Shown here: piece after piece, positions 1-15,000 of the stretch
Layout: each line of letters begins with the position of its first letter
Position numbering within the stretch: the first letter of the stretch is position 1
Origin: Perkinsela sp. CCAP 1560/9
Lineage: Eukaryota; Protista; Euglenozoa: Kinetoplastea
Length of the DNA: 64,000 nt
Assembly: GCA_965644495.1 (NCBI GenBank)
Contig: CBFFSA010000011.1
Span: 589,231-653,230, forward strand
Direction of reading: 5' to 3'
Translations under genes and position numbers: made by a program
The notes under the pieces: model-generated
Seen by the model: only the letters and a program-made list of their open reading frames with translations
What the model was told of the DNA's origin: nothing
The model's database searches: none

Positions 1-3000
1 CAAAGGTCTTCAAAAAAACAAAGGTCTTCAAAAAAACAAAGGTCTTCAAAAAAACAAAGGTCTTCAAAAAAACAAAGGTCTTCAAAAAAACAAAGGTCTT
101 CAAAAAAACAAAGGTCTTCAAAAAAACAAAGGTCTTCAAAAAAACATAGGTCTTCAAAAAAACAAAGGTCATCAAAAAAACAAAGGTCTTCAAAAAAACA
201 AAGGTCTTCAAAAAAAAAAAGGTCTTCAAAAAAACAAAGGTCTTCAAAAAAACAAAGGTCTTCAAAAAAACAAAGGTCTTCAAAAAAACAAAGGTCTTCA
301 AAAAAACAAAGGTCTTCAAAAAAACAAAGGTCTTCAAAAAAACAAAGGTCTTCAAAAACAAAGGTCTTCAAAAAAACAAAGGTCTTCAAAAAAACAAAGG
401 TCTTCAAAAAAAGAAAGGTCTTCAAAAAAAACAAAGGTCTTCAAAAACAAAGGTCTTCAAAAAAACAAAGGTCTTCAAAAAGTCAAAAGGTCTTCAAAAA
501 AAAAGGTCTTCAAAAAAACAAAGGTCTTCAAAAAAACAAAGGTCTTCAAAAAAACAAAAGGTCTTCAAAAAAAGAAAGGTCTTCAAAAAAACAAAGGTCT
601 TCAAAAAAACAAAGGTCTTCGAAAAAACAAAGGTCTTCAAAAAAACAAAGGTCTTCAAAAAAACAAAGGTCTTCAAAAAAACAAAGGTCTTCAAAAAAAC
701 AAAGGTCTTCAAAAAAACAAAGGTCTTCAAAAACAAAGGTCTTCAAAAAAACAAAGGTCTTCAAAAAAACCAAGGTCTTCAAAAAAAGAAAGGTCTTCAA
801 AAAAAACAAAGGTCTTCAAAAACAAACGTCTTCAAAAAAACAAAGGTCTTCAAAAAGTCAAAAGGTCTTCAAAAAAAAAGGTCTTCAAAAAAACAAAGGT
901 CTTCAAAAAAACAAAGGTCTTCAAAAAAACAAAAGGTCTCCAAAAAAAGAAAGGTCTTCAAAAAAACAAAGGTCTTCAAAAAAACAAAGGTCTGCAAAAA
1001 CAAAGGTCTTCAAAAAAACAAAGGTCTTCAAAAAAACAAAGGTCTTCAAAAAAACAAAAGTCTTCAAAAAAACAAAGGTCTTCAAAAAAACAAAGGTCTT
1101 CAAAAAAACAAAGGTCTTCAAAAAAACAAAGGTCTTCAAAAAAACAAAGGTCTTCAAAAAAACAAAGGTCTTCAAAAAAACAAAGGTCTTCAAAAAAACA
1201 AAGGTCTTCAAAAAAACATAGGTCTTCAAAAAAACAAAGGTCATCAAAAAAACAAAGGTCTTCAAAAAAACAAAGGTCTTCAAAAAAAAAAAGGTCTTCA
1301 AAAAAACAAAGGTCTTCAAAAAAACAAAGGTCTTCAAAAAAACAAAGGTCTTCAAAAAAACAAAGGTCTTCAAAAAAACAAAGGTCTTCAAAAAAACAAA
1401 GGTCTTCAAAAAAACAAAGGTCTTCAAAAACAAAGGTCTTCAAAAAAACAAAGGTCTTCAAAAAAACAAAGGTCTTCAAAAAAAGAAAGGTCTTCAAAAA
1501 AAACAAAGGTCTTCAAAAACAAAGGTCTTCAAAAAAACAAAGGTCTTCAAAAAGTCAAAAGGTCTTCAAAAAAAAAGGTCTTCAAAAAAACAAAGGTCTT
1601 CTAAAAAACAAAGGTCTTCAAAAAAACAAAAGGTCTTCAAAAAAAGAAAGGTCTTCAAAAAAACAAAGGTCTTCAAAAAAACAAAGGTCTTCGAAAAAAC
1701 AAAGGTCTTCAAAAAAACAAAGGTCTTCAAAAAAACAAAGGTCTTCAAAAAAACAAAGGTCTTCAAAAAAACAAAGGTCTTCAAAAAAACAAAGGTCTTC
1801 AAAAAAACAAAAGGTCTTCAAAAAAAGAAAGGTCTTCAAAAAAACAAAGGTCTTCAAAAAAACAAAGGTCTTCGAAAAAACAAAGGTCTTCAAAAAAACA
1901 AAGGTCTTCAAAAAAACAAAAGTCTTTAAAAAAACAAAGTCTTCAAAAAATCAAAGGTCTTCAAAAAAACAAAGGTCTTCAAAAAAACAAAGGTCTTCAA
2001 AAAAACAAAGGTCTTCAAAAAAACAAAGGTCTTCAAAAAAACAAAGGTCTTCAAAAAAACATAGGTCTTCAAAAAAACAAAGGTCTTCAAAAAAACAAAG
2101 GTCTTCAAAAAAAAAAAGGTCTTCAAAAAAAAAAAGGTCTTCAAAAAAAACAAAGGTCTTCAAAAAGTCAAAAGGTCTTCAAAAAAAAAGGTCTTCAAAA
2201 AAACAAAGGTCTTCAAAAAAACAAAGGTCTTCAAAAAAACAAAAGGTCTTCAAAAAAAGAAAGGTCTTCAAAAAAACAAAGGTCTTCAAAAAAACAAAGG
2301 TCTTCAAAAAAAAAAAGGTCTTCAAAAAAAACAAAGGTCTTCAAAAAAACAAAAGTCTTCAAAAAAACAAAGTCTTCAAAAAATCAAAGGTCTTCAAAAA
2401 AACAAAGGTCTTCAAAAAAACAAAGGTCTTCAAAAAAACAAAGGTCTTCAAAAAAATAAAGGTCTTCAAAAAGACAAAGGTCTTCAAAAAAACAAAGGTC
2501 TTCAAAAAAACAAAGGTCTTCAAAAAAACAAAGGTCTTCAAAAACAAAGGTCTTCAAAAAAACAAAGGTCTTCAAAAAAACAAAGGTCTTCAAAAAAAGA
2601 AAGGTCTTCAAAAAAAACAAAGGTCTTCAAAAACAAAGGTCTTCAAAAAAACAAAGGTCTTCAAAAAGTCAAAAGGTCTTCAAAAAAAAAGGTCTTCAAA
2701 AAAACAAAGGTCTTCAAAAAAACAAAGGTCTTCAAAAAAACAAAAGGTCTTCAAAAAAAGAAAGGTCTTCAAAAAAACCAAGGTCTTCAAAAAAACAAAG
2801 GTCTTCGAAAAAACAAAGGTCTTCAAAAAAACAAAGGTCTTCAAAAAAACAAAGGTCTTCAAAAAAACAAAGGTCTTCAAAAAAAAAAAGGTCTTCAAAA
2901 AAAACAAAGGTCTTCAAAAAAACAAAAGTCTTCAAAAAAACAAAGGTCTTCAAAAAAACAAAGGTCTTCAAAAAAACAAAGGTCTTCAAAAAAACAAAAG

Positions 3001-6000
3001 GTCTTCAAAAAAAGAAAGGTCTTCAAAAAAACAAAGGTCTTCAAAAAAACAAAGGTCTTCGAAAAAACAAAGGTCTTCAAAAAAAAAAAGGTCTTCAAAA
3101 AAAACAAAGGTCTTCAAAAAAACAAAAGTCTTCAAAAAAAGAAAGGTCTTCAAAAAAAGAAAGGTCTTCAAAAAAACAAAGGTCTTCGAAAAAACAAAGG
3201 TCTTCAAAAAAACAAAGGTCTTCAAAAAAAAAAAGGTCTTCAAAAAAAACAAAGGTCTTCAAAAAAACAAAAGTCTTCAAAAAAACAAAGGTCTTCAAAA
3301 AAACAAAGGTCTTCAAAAAAACAAAGGTCTTCAAAAAAACAAAAGGTCTTCAAAAAAAGAAAGGTCTTCAAAAAAACAAAGGTCTTCAAAAAAACAAAGG
3401 TCTTCGAAAAAACAAAGGTCTTCAAAAAAACAAAAGTCTTTAAAAAAACAAAGGTCTTCAAAAAAACAAAGGTCTTCAAAAAAACAAAGGTCTTCAAAAA
3501 AACAAAGGTCTTCAAAAAAACAAAAGGTCTTCAAAAAAAGAAAGGTCTTCAAAAAAACAAAGGTCTTCAAAAAAACAAAAGGTCTTCAAAAAAAGAAAGG
3601 TCTTCAAAAAAACAAAGGTCTTCAAAAAAACAAAGGTCTTCGAAAAAACAAAGGTCTTCAAAAAAACAAAGGTCTTCAAAAAAACAAAAGGTCTTCAAAA
3701 AAAGAAAGGTCTTCAAAAAAAACAAAGGTCTTCAAAAAAACAAAGGTCTTCAAAAAAAGAAAGGTCTTCAAAAAAAACAAAGGTCTTCAAAAACAAAGGT
3801 CTTCAAAAAAACAAAGGTCTTCAAAAAAAAAAAGGTCTTCAAAAAAACAAAGGTCTTCAAAAAAACAAAGGTCTTCAAAAACAAAAGTCTTCAAAAAAAC
3901 AAAGGTCTTCAAAAAAACAAAGGTCTTCAAAAACAAAGGTCTTCAAAAAAACAAAGGTCTTCAAAAAAACAAAGGTCTTCAAAAAAACATAGGTCTTCAA
4001 AAAAACAAAGGTCTTCAAAAACAAAGGTCTTCAAAAAAACAAAGGTCTTCAAAAAAACAAAGGTCTTCAAAAAAAGAAAGGTCTTCAAAAAAAACAAAGG
4101 TCTTCAAAAACAAAGGTCTTCAAAAAAACAAAGGTCATCAAAAAAACAAAGGTCTTCAAAAAAACAAAGGTCTTCAAAAAAACAAAGGTCTTCAAAAACA
4201 AAGGTCTTCAAAAAAACAAAGGTCTTCAAAAAAACAAAGGTCTTCAAAAAAACAAAGGTCTTCAAAAAAACAAAGGTCTTCAAAAAAACAAAGGTCTTCA
4301 AAAAAACAAAGGTCTTCAAAAAAACATAGGTCTTCAAAAAAACAAAGGTCTTCAAAAAAACAAAGGTCTTCAAAAAAACAAAGGTCTTCAAAAAAACAAA
4401 GGTCTTCAAAAACAAAGGTCTTCAAAAAAACAAAGGTCTTCAAAAAAACAAAGGTCTTCAAAAAAACAAAGGTCTTCAAAAACAAAGGTCTTCAAAAAAA
4501 CAAAGGTCTTCAAAAAAACAAAGGTCTTCAAAAAAAGAAAGGTCTTCAAAAAAAACAAAGGTCTTCAAAAACAAAGGTCTTCAAAAAAACAAAGGTCTTC
4601 AAAAAAACAAAGGTCTTCAAAAAAACAAAGGTCTTCAAAAAAACAAAGGTCTTCAAAAACAAAGGTCTTCAAAAAAACAAAGGTCTTCAAAAAAACAAAG
4701 GTCTTCAAAAAAACAAAGGTCTTCAAAAAAACAAAGGTCTTCAAAAAAACAAAGGTCTTCAAAAAAACAAAGGTCTTCAAAAAAACATAGGTCTTCAAAA
4801 AAACAAAGGTCTTCAAAAAAACAAAGGTCTTCAAAAAAACAAAGGTCTTCAAAAAAACAAAGGTCTTCAAAAACAAAGGTCTTCAAAAAAACAAAGGTCT
4901 TCAAAAAAACAAAGGTCTTCAAAAAAAGAAAGGTCTTCAAAAAATCAAAGGTCTTCAAAAAAACAAAGGTCTTCAAAAAAACAAAGGTCTTCAAAAAAAC
5001 AAAGGTCTTCAAAAAAACAAAGGTCTTCAAAAAAACAAAGGTCTTCAAAAAAACAAAGGTCTTCAAAAAAACAAAGGTCTTCAAAAAAACAAAGGTCTTC
5101 AAAAAAACAAAGGTCTTCAAAAAAACAAAGGTCTTCAAAAAAACAAAGGTCCTCAAAAAAACAAAGGTCTTCAAAAAAAACAAAGGTCATCAAAAAAACA
5201 AAGGTCTTCAAAAAAACAAAGGTCTTCGAAAAAACAAAGGTCTTCAAAAAAACAAAGGTCTTCAAAAAAAAAAAGGTCTTCAAAAAAAACAAAGGTCTTC
5301 AAAAAAACAAAAGTCTTCAAAAAAACAAAGTCTTCAAAAAATCAAAGGTCTTCAAAAAAACAAAGGTCTTCAAAAAAACAAAGGTCTTCAAAAAAACAAA
5401 GGTCTTCAAAAAAACAAAGGTCCTCAAAAAAACAAAGGTCTTCAAAAAAAACAAAGGTCATCAAAAAAACAAAGGTCTTCAAAAAAACAAAGGTCTTCAA
5501 AAAAACAAAGGTCTTCAAAAAAACAAAGGTCTTCAAAAAAACAAAGGTCTTCAAAAACAAAGGTCTTCAAAAAAACAAAGGTCTTCAAAAAGTCAAAAGG
5601 TCTTCAAAAAAACAAAAGTCTTCAAAAAAACAAAGTCTTCAAAAAATCAAAGGTCTTCAAAAAAACAAAGGTCTTCAAAAAAACAAAGGTCTTCAAAAAA
5701 ACAAAGGTCTTCAAAAAAACAAAGGTCTTCAAAAAAACAAAGGTCTTCAAAAAAACAAAGGTCTTCAAAAACAAAGGTCTTCAAAAAAACAAAGGTCTTC
5801 AAAAAAACAAAGGTCTTCAAAAAAAGAAAGGTCTTCAAAAAAAACAAACGTCTTCAAAAACAAAGGTCTTCAAAAAAACAAAGGTCTTCAAAAAGTCAAA
5901 AGGTCTTCAAAAAAACAAAGGTCTTCAAAAAAACAAAAGGTCTTCAAAAAAAGAAAGGTCTTCAAAAAAACAAAGGTCTTCAAAAAAACAAAGGTCTTCG

Positions 6001-9000
6001 AAAAAACAAAGGTCTTCAAAAAAACAAAAGTCTTTAAAAAAACAAAGGTCTTCGAAAAAACAAAGGTCTTCAAAAAAACAAAGGTCTTCAAAAAAACAAA
6101 GGTCTTCAAAAAAACAAAGGTCTTCAAAAAAACAAAGGTCTTCGAAAAAACAAAGGTCTTCAAAAAAACAAAGGTCTTCAAAAAAACAAAGGTCTTCAAA
6201 AAAACAAAGGTCTTCAAAAAAACAAAGGTCTTCAAAAAAACAAAGGTCTTCAAAAAAACAAAAGGTCTTCAAAAAAAGAAAGGTCTTCAAAAAAACAAAG
6301 GTCTTCAAAAAAACAAAGGTCTTCGAAAAAACAAAGGTCTTCAAAAAAACAAAGGTCTTCAAAAAAACAAAAGGTCTTCAAAAAAAGAAAGGTCTTCAAA
6401 AAAAACAAAGGTCTTCAAAAAAACAAAGGTCTTCAAAAAAAGAAAGGTCTTCAAAAAAAACAAAGGTCTTCAAAAACAAAGGTCTTCAAAAAAACAAAGG
6501 TCTTCAAAAAAAAAAAGGTCTTCAAAAAAACAAAGGTCTTCAAAAAAACAAAGGTCTTCAAAAACAAAAGTCTTCAAAAAAACAAAGGTCTTCAAAAAAA
6601 CAAAGGTCTTCAAAAACAAAGGTCTTCAAAAAAACAAAGGTCTTCAAAAAAACAAAGGTCTTCAAAAAAACATAGGTCTTCAAAAAAACAAAGGTCTTCA
6701 AAAACAAAGGTCTTCAAAAAAACAAAGGTCTTCAAAAAAACAAAGGTCTTCAAAAAAAGAAAGGTCTTCAAAAAAAACAAAGGTCTTCAAAAACAAAGGT
6801 CTTCAAAAAAACAAAGGTCATCAAAAAAACAAAGGTCTTCAAAAAAACAAAGGTCTTCAAAAAAACAAAGGTCTTCAAAAACAAAGGTCTTCAAAAAAAC
6901 AAAGGTCTTCAAAAAAACAAAGGTCTTCAAAAAAACAAAGGTCTTCAAAAAAACAAAGGTCTTCAAAAAAACAAAGGTCTTCAAAAAAACAAAGGTCTTC
7001 AAAAAAACATAGGTCTTCAAAAAAACAAAGGTCTTCAAAAAAACAAAGGTCTTCAAAAAAACAAAGGTCTTCAAAAAAACAAAGGTCTTCAAAAACAAAG
7101 GTCTTCAAAAAAACAAAGGTCTTCAAAAAAACAAAGGTCTTCAAAAAAACAAAGGTCTTCAAAAACAAAGGTCTTCAAAAAAACAAAGGTCTTCAAAAAA
7201 ACAAAGGTCTTCAAAAAAAGAAAGGTCTTCAAAAAAAACAAAGGTCTTCAAAAACAAAGGTCTTCAAAAAAACAAAGGTCTTCAAAAAAACAAAGGTCTT
7301 CAAAAAAACAAAGGTCTTCAAAAAAACAAAGGTCTTCAAAAACAAAGGTCTTCAAAAAAACAAAGGTCTTCAAAAAAACAAAGGTCTTCAAAAAAACAAA
7401 GGTCTTCAAAAAAACAAAGGTCTTCAAAAAAACAAAGGTCTTCAAAAAAACAAAGGTCTTCAAAAAAACATAGGTCTTCAAAAAAACAAAGGTCTTCAAA
7501 AAAACAAAGGTCTTCAAAAAAACAAAGGTCTTCAAAAAAACAAAGGTCTTCAAAAACAAAGGTCTTCAAAAAAACAAAGGTCTTCAAAAAAACAAAGGTC
7601 TTCAAAAAAAGAAAGGTCTTCAAAAAATCAAAGGTCTTCAAAAAAACAAAGGTCTTCAAAAAAACAAAGGTCTTCAAAAAAACAAAGGTCTTCAAAAAAA
7701 CAAAGGTCTTCAAAAAAACAAAGGTCTTCAAAAAAACAAAGGTCTTCAAAAAAACAAAGGTCTTCAAAAAAACAAAGGTCTTCAAAAAAACAAAGGTCTT
7801 CAAAAAAACAAAGGTCTTCAAAAAAACAAAGGTCCTCAAAAAAACAAAGGTCTTCAAAAAAAACAAAGGTCATCAAAAAAACAAAGGTCTTCAAAAAAAC
7901 AAAGGTCTTCGAAAAAACAAAGGTCTTCAAAAAAACAAAGGTCTTCAAAAAAAAAAAGGTCTTCAAAAAAAACAAAGGTCTTCAAAAAAACAAAAGTCTT
8001 CAAAAAAACAAAGTCTTCAAAAAATCAAAGGTCTTCAAAAAAACAAAGGTCTTCAAAAAAACAAAGGTCTTCAAAAAAACAAAGGTCTTCAAAAAAACAA
8101 AGGTCCTCAAAAAAACAAAGGTCTTCAAAAAAAACAAAGGTCATCAAAAAAACAAAGGTCTTCAAAAAAACAAAGGTCTTCAAAAAAACAAAGGTCTTCA
8201 AAAAAACAAAGGTCTTCAAAAAAACAAAGGTCTTCAAAAACAAAGGTCTTCAAAAAAACAAAGGTCTTCAAAAAGTCAAAAGGTCTTCAAAAAAACAAAA
8301 GTCTTCAAAAAAACAAAGTCTTCAAAAAATCAAAGGTCTTCAAAAAAACAAAGGTCTTCAAAAAAACAAAGGTCTTCAAAAAAACAAAGGTCTTCAAAAA
8401 AACAAAGGTCTTCAAAAAAACAAAGGTCTTCAAAAAAACAAAGGTCTTCAAAAACAAAGGTCTTCAAAAAAACAAAGGTCTTCAAAAAAACAAAGGTCTT
8501 CAAAAAAAGAAAGGTCTTCAAAAAAAACAAACGTCTTCAAAAACAAAGGTCTTCAAAAAAACAAAGGTCTTCAAAAAGTCAAAAGGTCTTCAAAAAAAAA
8601 GGTCTTCAAAAAAACAAAGGTCTTCAAAAAAACAAAGGTCTTCAAAAAAAGAAAGGTCTTCAAAAAATCAAAGGTCTTCAAAAAAACAAAGGTCTTCAAA
8701 AAAACAAAGGTCTTCAAAAAAACAAAGGTCTTCAAAAAAACAAAGGTCTTCAAAAAAACAAAGGTCTTCAAAAAAACAAAGGTCTTCAAAAAAACAAAGG
8801 TCTTCAAAAAAACAAAGGTCTTCAAAAAAACAAAGGTCTTCAAAAAAACAAAGGTCTTCAAAAAAACAAAGGTCCTCAAAAAAACAAAGGTCTTCAAAAA
8901 AAACAAAGGTCATCAAAAAAACAAAGGTCTTCAAAAAAACAAAGGTCTTCGAAAAAACAAAGGTCTTCAAAAAAACAAAGGTCTTCAAAAAAAAAAAGGT

Positions 9001-12000
9001 CTTCAAAAAAAACAAAGGTCTTCAAAAAAACAAAAGTCTTCAAAAAAACATAGGTCTTCAAAAAAACAAAGGTCTTCAAAAAAACAAAGGTCTTCAAAAA
9101 AACAAAGGTCTTCAAAAAAACAAAGGTCTTCAAAAACAAAGGTCTTCAAAAAAACAAAGGTCTTCAAAAAAACAAAGGTCTTCAAAAAAAGAAAGGTCTT
9201 CAAAAAATCAAAGGTCTTCAAAAAAACAAAGGTCTTCAAAAAAACAAAGGTCTTCAAAAAAACAAAGGTCTTCAAAAAAACAAAGGTCTTCAAAAAAACA
9301 AAGGTCTTCAAAAAAACAAAGGTCTTCAAAAAAACAAAGGTCTTCAAAAAAACAAAGGTCTTCAAAAAAACAAAGGTCTTCAAAAAAACAAAGGTCTTCA
9401 AAAAAACAAAGGTCCTCAAAAAAACAAAGGTCTTCAAAAAAAACAAAGGTCATCAAAAAAACAAAGGTCTTCAAAAAAACAAAGGTCTTCGAAAAAACAA
9501 AGGTCTTCAAAAAAACAAAGGTCTTCAAAAAAAAAAAGGTCTTCAAAAAAAACAAAGGTCTTCAAAAAAACAAAAGTCTTCAAAAAAACAAAGTCTTCAA
9601 AAAATCAAAGGTCTTCAAAAAAACAAAGGTCTTCAAAAAAACAAAGGTCTTCAAAAAAACAAAGGTCTTCAAAAAAACAAAGGTCCTCAAAAAAACAAAG
9701 GTCTTCAAAAAAAACAAAGGTCATCAAAAAAACAAAGGTCTTCAAAAAAACAAAGGTCTTCAAAAAAACAAAGGTCTTCAAAAAAACAAAGGTCTTCAAA
9801 AAAACAAAGGTCTTCAAAAACAAAGGTCTTCAAAAAAACAAAGGTCTTCAAAAAGTCAAAAGGTCTTCAAAAAAACAAAAGTCTTCAAAAAAACAAAGTC
9901 TTCAAAAAATCAAAGGTCTTCAAAAAAACAAAGGTCTTCAAAAAAACAAAGGTCTTCAAAAAAACAAAGGTCTTCAAAAAAACAAAGGTCTTCAAAAAAA
10001 CAAAGGTCTTCAAAAAAACAAAGGTCTTCAAAAACAAAGGTCTTCAAAAAAACAAAGGTCTTCAAAAAAACAAAGGTCTTCAAAAAAAGAAAGGTCTTCA
10101 AAAAAAACAAACGTCTTCAAAAACAAAGGTCTTCAAAAAAACAAAGGTCTTCAAAAAGTCAAAAGGTCTTCAAAAAAAAAGGTCTTCAAAAAAACAAAGG
10201 TCTTCAAAAAAACAAAGGTCTTCAAAAAAAGAAAGGTCTTCAAAAAATCAAAGGTCTTCAAAAAAACAAAGGTCTTCAAAAAAACAAAGGTCTTCAAAAA
10301 AACAAAGGTCTTCAAAAAAACAAAGGTCTTCAAAAAAACAAAGGTCTTCAAAAAAACAAAGGTCTTCAAAAAAACAAAGGTCTTCAAAAAAACAAAGGTC
10401 TTCAAAAAAACAAAGGTCTTCAAAAAAACAAAGGTCTTCAAAAAAACAAAGGTCCTCAAAAAAACAAAGGTCTTCAAAAAAAACAAAGGTCATCAAAAAA
10501 ACAAAGTCTTCAAAAAAACAAAGGTCTTCGAAAAAACAAAGGTCTTCAAAAAAACAAAGGTCTTCAAAAAAAAAAAGGTCTTCAAAAAAAACAAAGGTCT
10601 TCAAAAAAACAAAAGTCTTCAAAAAAACAAAGTCTTCAAAAAATCAAAGGTCTTCAAAAAAACAAAGGTCTTCAAAAAAACAAAGGTCTTCAAAAAAACA
10701 AAGGTCTTCAAAAAAACAAAGGTCCTCAAAAAAACAAAGGTCTTCAAAAAAAACAAAGGTCATCAAAAAAACAAAGGTCTTCAAAAAAACAAAGGTCTTC
10801 AAAAAAACAAAGGTCTTCAAAAAAACAAAGGTCTTCAAAAAAACAAAGGTCTTCAAAAACAAAGGTCTTCAAAAAAACAAAGGTCTTCAAAAAGTCAAAA
10901 GGTCTTCAAAAAAACAAAAGTCTTCAAAAAAACAAAGTCTTCAAAAAATCAAAGGTCTTCAAAAAAACAAAGGTCTTCAAAAAAACAAAGGTCTTCAAAA
11001 AAACAAAGGTCTTCAAAAAAACAAAGGTCTTCAAAAAAACAAAGGTCTTCAAAAAAACAAAGGTCTTCAAAAACAAAGGTCTTCAAAAAAACAAAGGTCT
11101 TCAAAAAAACAAAGGTCTTCAAAAAAAGAAAGGTCTTCAAAAAAAACAAACGTCTTCAAAAACAAAGGTCTTCAAAAAAACAAAGGTCTTCAAAAAGTCA
11201 AAAGGTCTTCAAAAAAAAAGGTCTTCAAAAAAACAAAGGTCTTCAAAAAAACAAAGGTCTTCAAAAAAAGAAAGGTCTTCAAAAAATCAAAGGTCTTCAA
11301 AAAAACAAAGGTCTTCAAAAAAACAAAGGTCTTCAAAAAAACAAAGGTCTTCAAAAAAACAAAGGTCTTCAAAAAAACAAAGGTCTTCAAAAAAACAAAG
11401 GTCTTCAAAAAAACAAAGGTCTTCAAAAAAACAAAGGTCTTCAAAAAAACAAAGGTCTTCAAAAAAACAAAGGTCTTCAAAAAAACAAAGGTCCTCAAAA
11501 AAACAAAGGTCTTCAAAAAAAACAAAGGTCATCAAAAAAACAAAGGTCTTCAAAAAAACAAAGGTCTTCGAAAAAACAAAGGTCTTCAAAAAAACAAAGG
11601 TCTTCAAAAAAAAAAAGGTCTTCAAAAAAAACAAAGGTCTTCAAAAAAACAAAAGTCTTCAAAAAAACAAAGTCTTCAAAAAATCAAAGGTCTTCAAAAA
11701 AACAAAGGTCTTCAAAAAAACAAAGGTCTTCAAAAAAACAAAGGTCTTCAAAAAAACAAAGGTCCTCAAAAAAACAAAGGTCTTCAAAAAAAACAAAGGT
11801 CATCAAAAAAACAAAGGTCTTCAAAAAAACAAAGGTCTTCAAAAAAACAAAGGTCTTCAAAAAAACATAGGTCTTCAAAAAAACAAAGGTCTTCAAAAAA
11901 ACAAAGGTCTTCAAAAAAACAAAGGTCTTCAAAAAAACAAAGGTCTTCAAAAACAAAGGTCTTCAAAAAAACAAAGGTCTTCAAAAAAACAAAGGTCTTC

Positions 12001-15000
12001 AAAAAAAGAAAGGTCTTCAAAAACAAAGGTCTTCAAAAAAACAAAGGTCTTCAAAAAAACAAAGGTCTTCAAAAAAACAAAGGTCTTCAAAAACAAAGGT
12101 CTTCAAAAAAACAAAGGTCTTCAAAAAAACAAAGGTCTTCAAAAAAAGAAAGGTCTTCAAAAAAAACAAAGGTCTTCAAAAACAAAGGTCTTCAAAAAAA
12201 CAAAGGTCTTCAAAAAAACAAAGGTCTTCAAAAAAACAAAGGTCTTCAAAAAAACAAAGGTCTTCAAAAACAAAGGTCTTCAAAAAAACAAAGGTCTTCA
12301 AAAAAACAAAGGTCTTCAAAAAAACAAAGGTCTTCAAAAAAACAAAGGTCTTCAAAAAAACAAAGGTCTTCAAAAAAACAAAGGTCTTCAAAAAAACATA
12401 GGTCTTCAAAAAAACAAAGGTCTTCAAAAAAACAAAGGTCTTCAAAAAAACAAAGGTCTTCAAAAAAACAAAGGTCTTCAAAAACAAAGGTCTTCAAAAA
12501 AACAAAGGTCATCAAAAAAACAAAGGTCTTCAAAAAAACAAAGGTCTTCAAAAAAACAAAGGTCTTCAAAAAAACATAGGTCTTCAAAAAAACAAAGGTC
12601 TTCAAAAAAACAAAGGTCTTCAAAAAAACAAAGGTCTTCAAAAAAACAAAGGTCTTCAAAAACAAAGGTCTTCAAAAAAACAAAGGTCTTCAAAAAAACA
12701 AAGGTCTTCAAAAAAAGAAAGGTCTTCAAAAAAAACAAACGTCTTCAAAAACAAAGGTCTTCAAAAAAACAAAGGTCTTCAAAAAGTCAAAAGGTCTTCA
12801 AAAAAAAAGGTCTTCAAAAAAACAAAGGTCTTCAAAAAAACAAAGGTCTTCAAAAAAAGAAAGGTCTTCAAAAAATCAAAGGTCTTCAAAAAAACAAAGG
12901 TCTTCAAAAAAACAAAGGTCTTCAAAAAAACAAAGGTCTTCAAAAAAACAAAGGTCTTCAAAAAAACAAAGGTCTTCAAAAAAACAAAGGTCTTCAAAAA
13001 AACAAAGGTCTTCAAAAAAACAAAGGTCTTCAAAAAAACAAAGGTCTTCAAAAAAACAAAGGTCTTCAAAAAAACAAAGGTCCTCAAAAAAACAAAGGTC
13101 TTCAAAAAAAACAAAGGTCATCAAAAAAACAAAGGTCTTCAAAAAAACAAAGGTCTTCGAAAAAACAAAGGTCTTCAAAAAAACAAAGGTCTTCAAAAAA
13201 AAAAAGGTCTTCAAAAAAAACAAAGGTCTTCAAAAAAACAAAAGTCTTCAAAAAAACAAAGTCTTCAAAAAATCAAAGGTCTTCAAAAAAACAAAGGTCT
13301 TCAAAAAAACAAAGGTCTTCAAAAAAACAAAGGTCTTCAAAAAAACAAAGGTCCTCAAAAAAACAAAGGTCTTCAAAAAAAACAAAGGTCATCAAAAAAA
13401 CAAAGGTCTTCAAAAAAACAAAGGTCTTCAAAAAAACAAAGGTCTTCAAAAAAACATAGGTCTTCAAAAAAACAAAGGTCTTCAAAAAAACAAAGGTCTT
13501 CAAAAAAACAAAGGTCTTCAAAAAAACAAAGGTCTTCAAAAACAAAGGTCTTCAAAAAAACAAAGGTCTTCAAAAAAACAAAGGTCTTCAAAAAAAGAAA
13601 GGTCTTCAAAAAAAACAAAGGTCTTCAAAAACAAAGGTCTTCAAAAAAACAAAGGTCTTCAAAAAGTCAAAAGGTCTTCAAAAAAAAAGGTCTTCAAAAA
13701 AACAAAGGTCTTCAAAAAAACAAAAGGTCTTCAAAAAAAGAAAGGTCTTCAAAAAAACAAAGGTCTTCAAAAAAACAAAGGTCTTCAAAAAAACAAAGGT
13801 CTTCAAAAAAACAAAGGTCCTCAAAAAAACAAAGGTCTTCAAAAAAAACAAAGGTCATCAAAAAAACAAAGGTCTTCAAAAAAACAAAGGTCTTCAAAAA
13901 AACAAAGGTCTTCAAAAAAACAAAGGTCTTCAAAAAAACAAAGGTCTTCAAAAAAACAAAGGTCTTCAAAAACAAAGGTCTTCAAAAAAACAAAGGTCTT
14001 CAAAAAAACAAAGGTCTTCAAAAAAACAAAGGTCTTCAAAAAAACAAAGGTCTTCAAAAAAACAAAGGTCTTCAAAAAAACAAAGGTCTTCAAAAAAACA
14101 TAGGTCTTCAAAAAAACAAAGGTCTTCAAAAAAACAAAGGTCTTCAAAAAAACAAAGGTCTTCAAAAACAAAGGTCTTCAAAAAAACAAAGGTCTTCAAA
14201 AAAACAAAGGTCTTCAAAGAAAGAAAGGTCTTCAAAAAAAACAAAGGTCTTCAAAAACAAAGGTCTTCAAAAAAACAAAGGTCTTCAAAAAGTCAAAAGG
14301 TCTTCTAAAAAAAAGGTCTTCAAAAAAACAAAGGTCTTCAAAAAAACAAAGGTCTTCAAAAAAACAAAAGGTCTTCAAAAAAAGAAAGGTCTTCAAAAAA
14401 ACAAAGGTCTTCAAAAAAACAAAGGTCTTCAAAAAAAAAAAGGTCTTCAAAAAAAACAAAGGTCTTCAAAAAAACAAAAGTCTTCAAAAAAACAAAGTCT
14501 TCAAAAAATCAAAGGTCTTCAAAAAAACAAAGGTCTTCAAAAAAACAAAGGTCTTCAAAAAAACAAAGGTCTTCAAAAAAATAAAGGTCTTCAAAAAAAC
14601 AAAGGTCTTCAAAAAAACAAAGGTCTTCAAAAAAACAAAGGTCTTCAAAAAAACAAAGGTCTTCAAAAAAACAAAGGTCTTCAAAAACAAAGGTCTTCAA
14701 AAAAACAAAGGTCTTCAAAAAAACAAAGGTCTTCAAAAAAAGAAAGGTCTTCAAAAAAAACAAAGGTCTTCAAAAACAAAGGTCTTCAAAAAAACAAAGG
14801 TCTTCAAAAAGTCAAAAGGTCTTCAAAAAAAAAGGTCTTCAAAAAAACAAAGGTCTTCAAAAAAACAAAGGTCTTCAAAAAAACAAAAGGTCTTCAAAAA
14901 AAGAAAGGTCTTCAAAAAAACAAAGGTCTTCAAAAAAACAAAGGTCTTCGAAAAAACAAAGGTCTTCAAAAAAACAAAGGTCTTCAAAAAAACAAAGGTC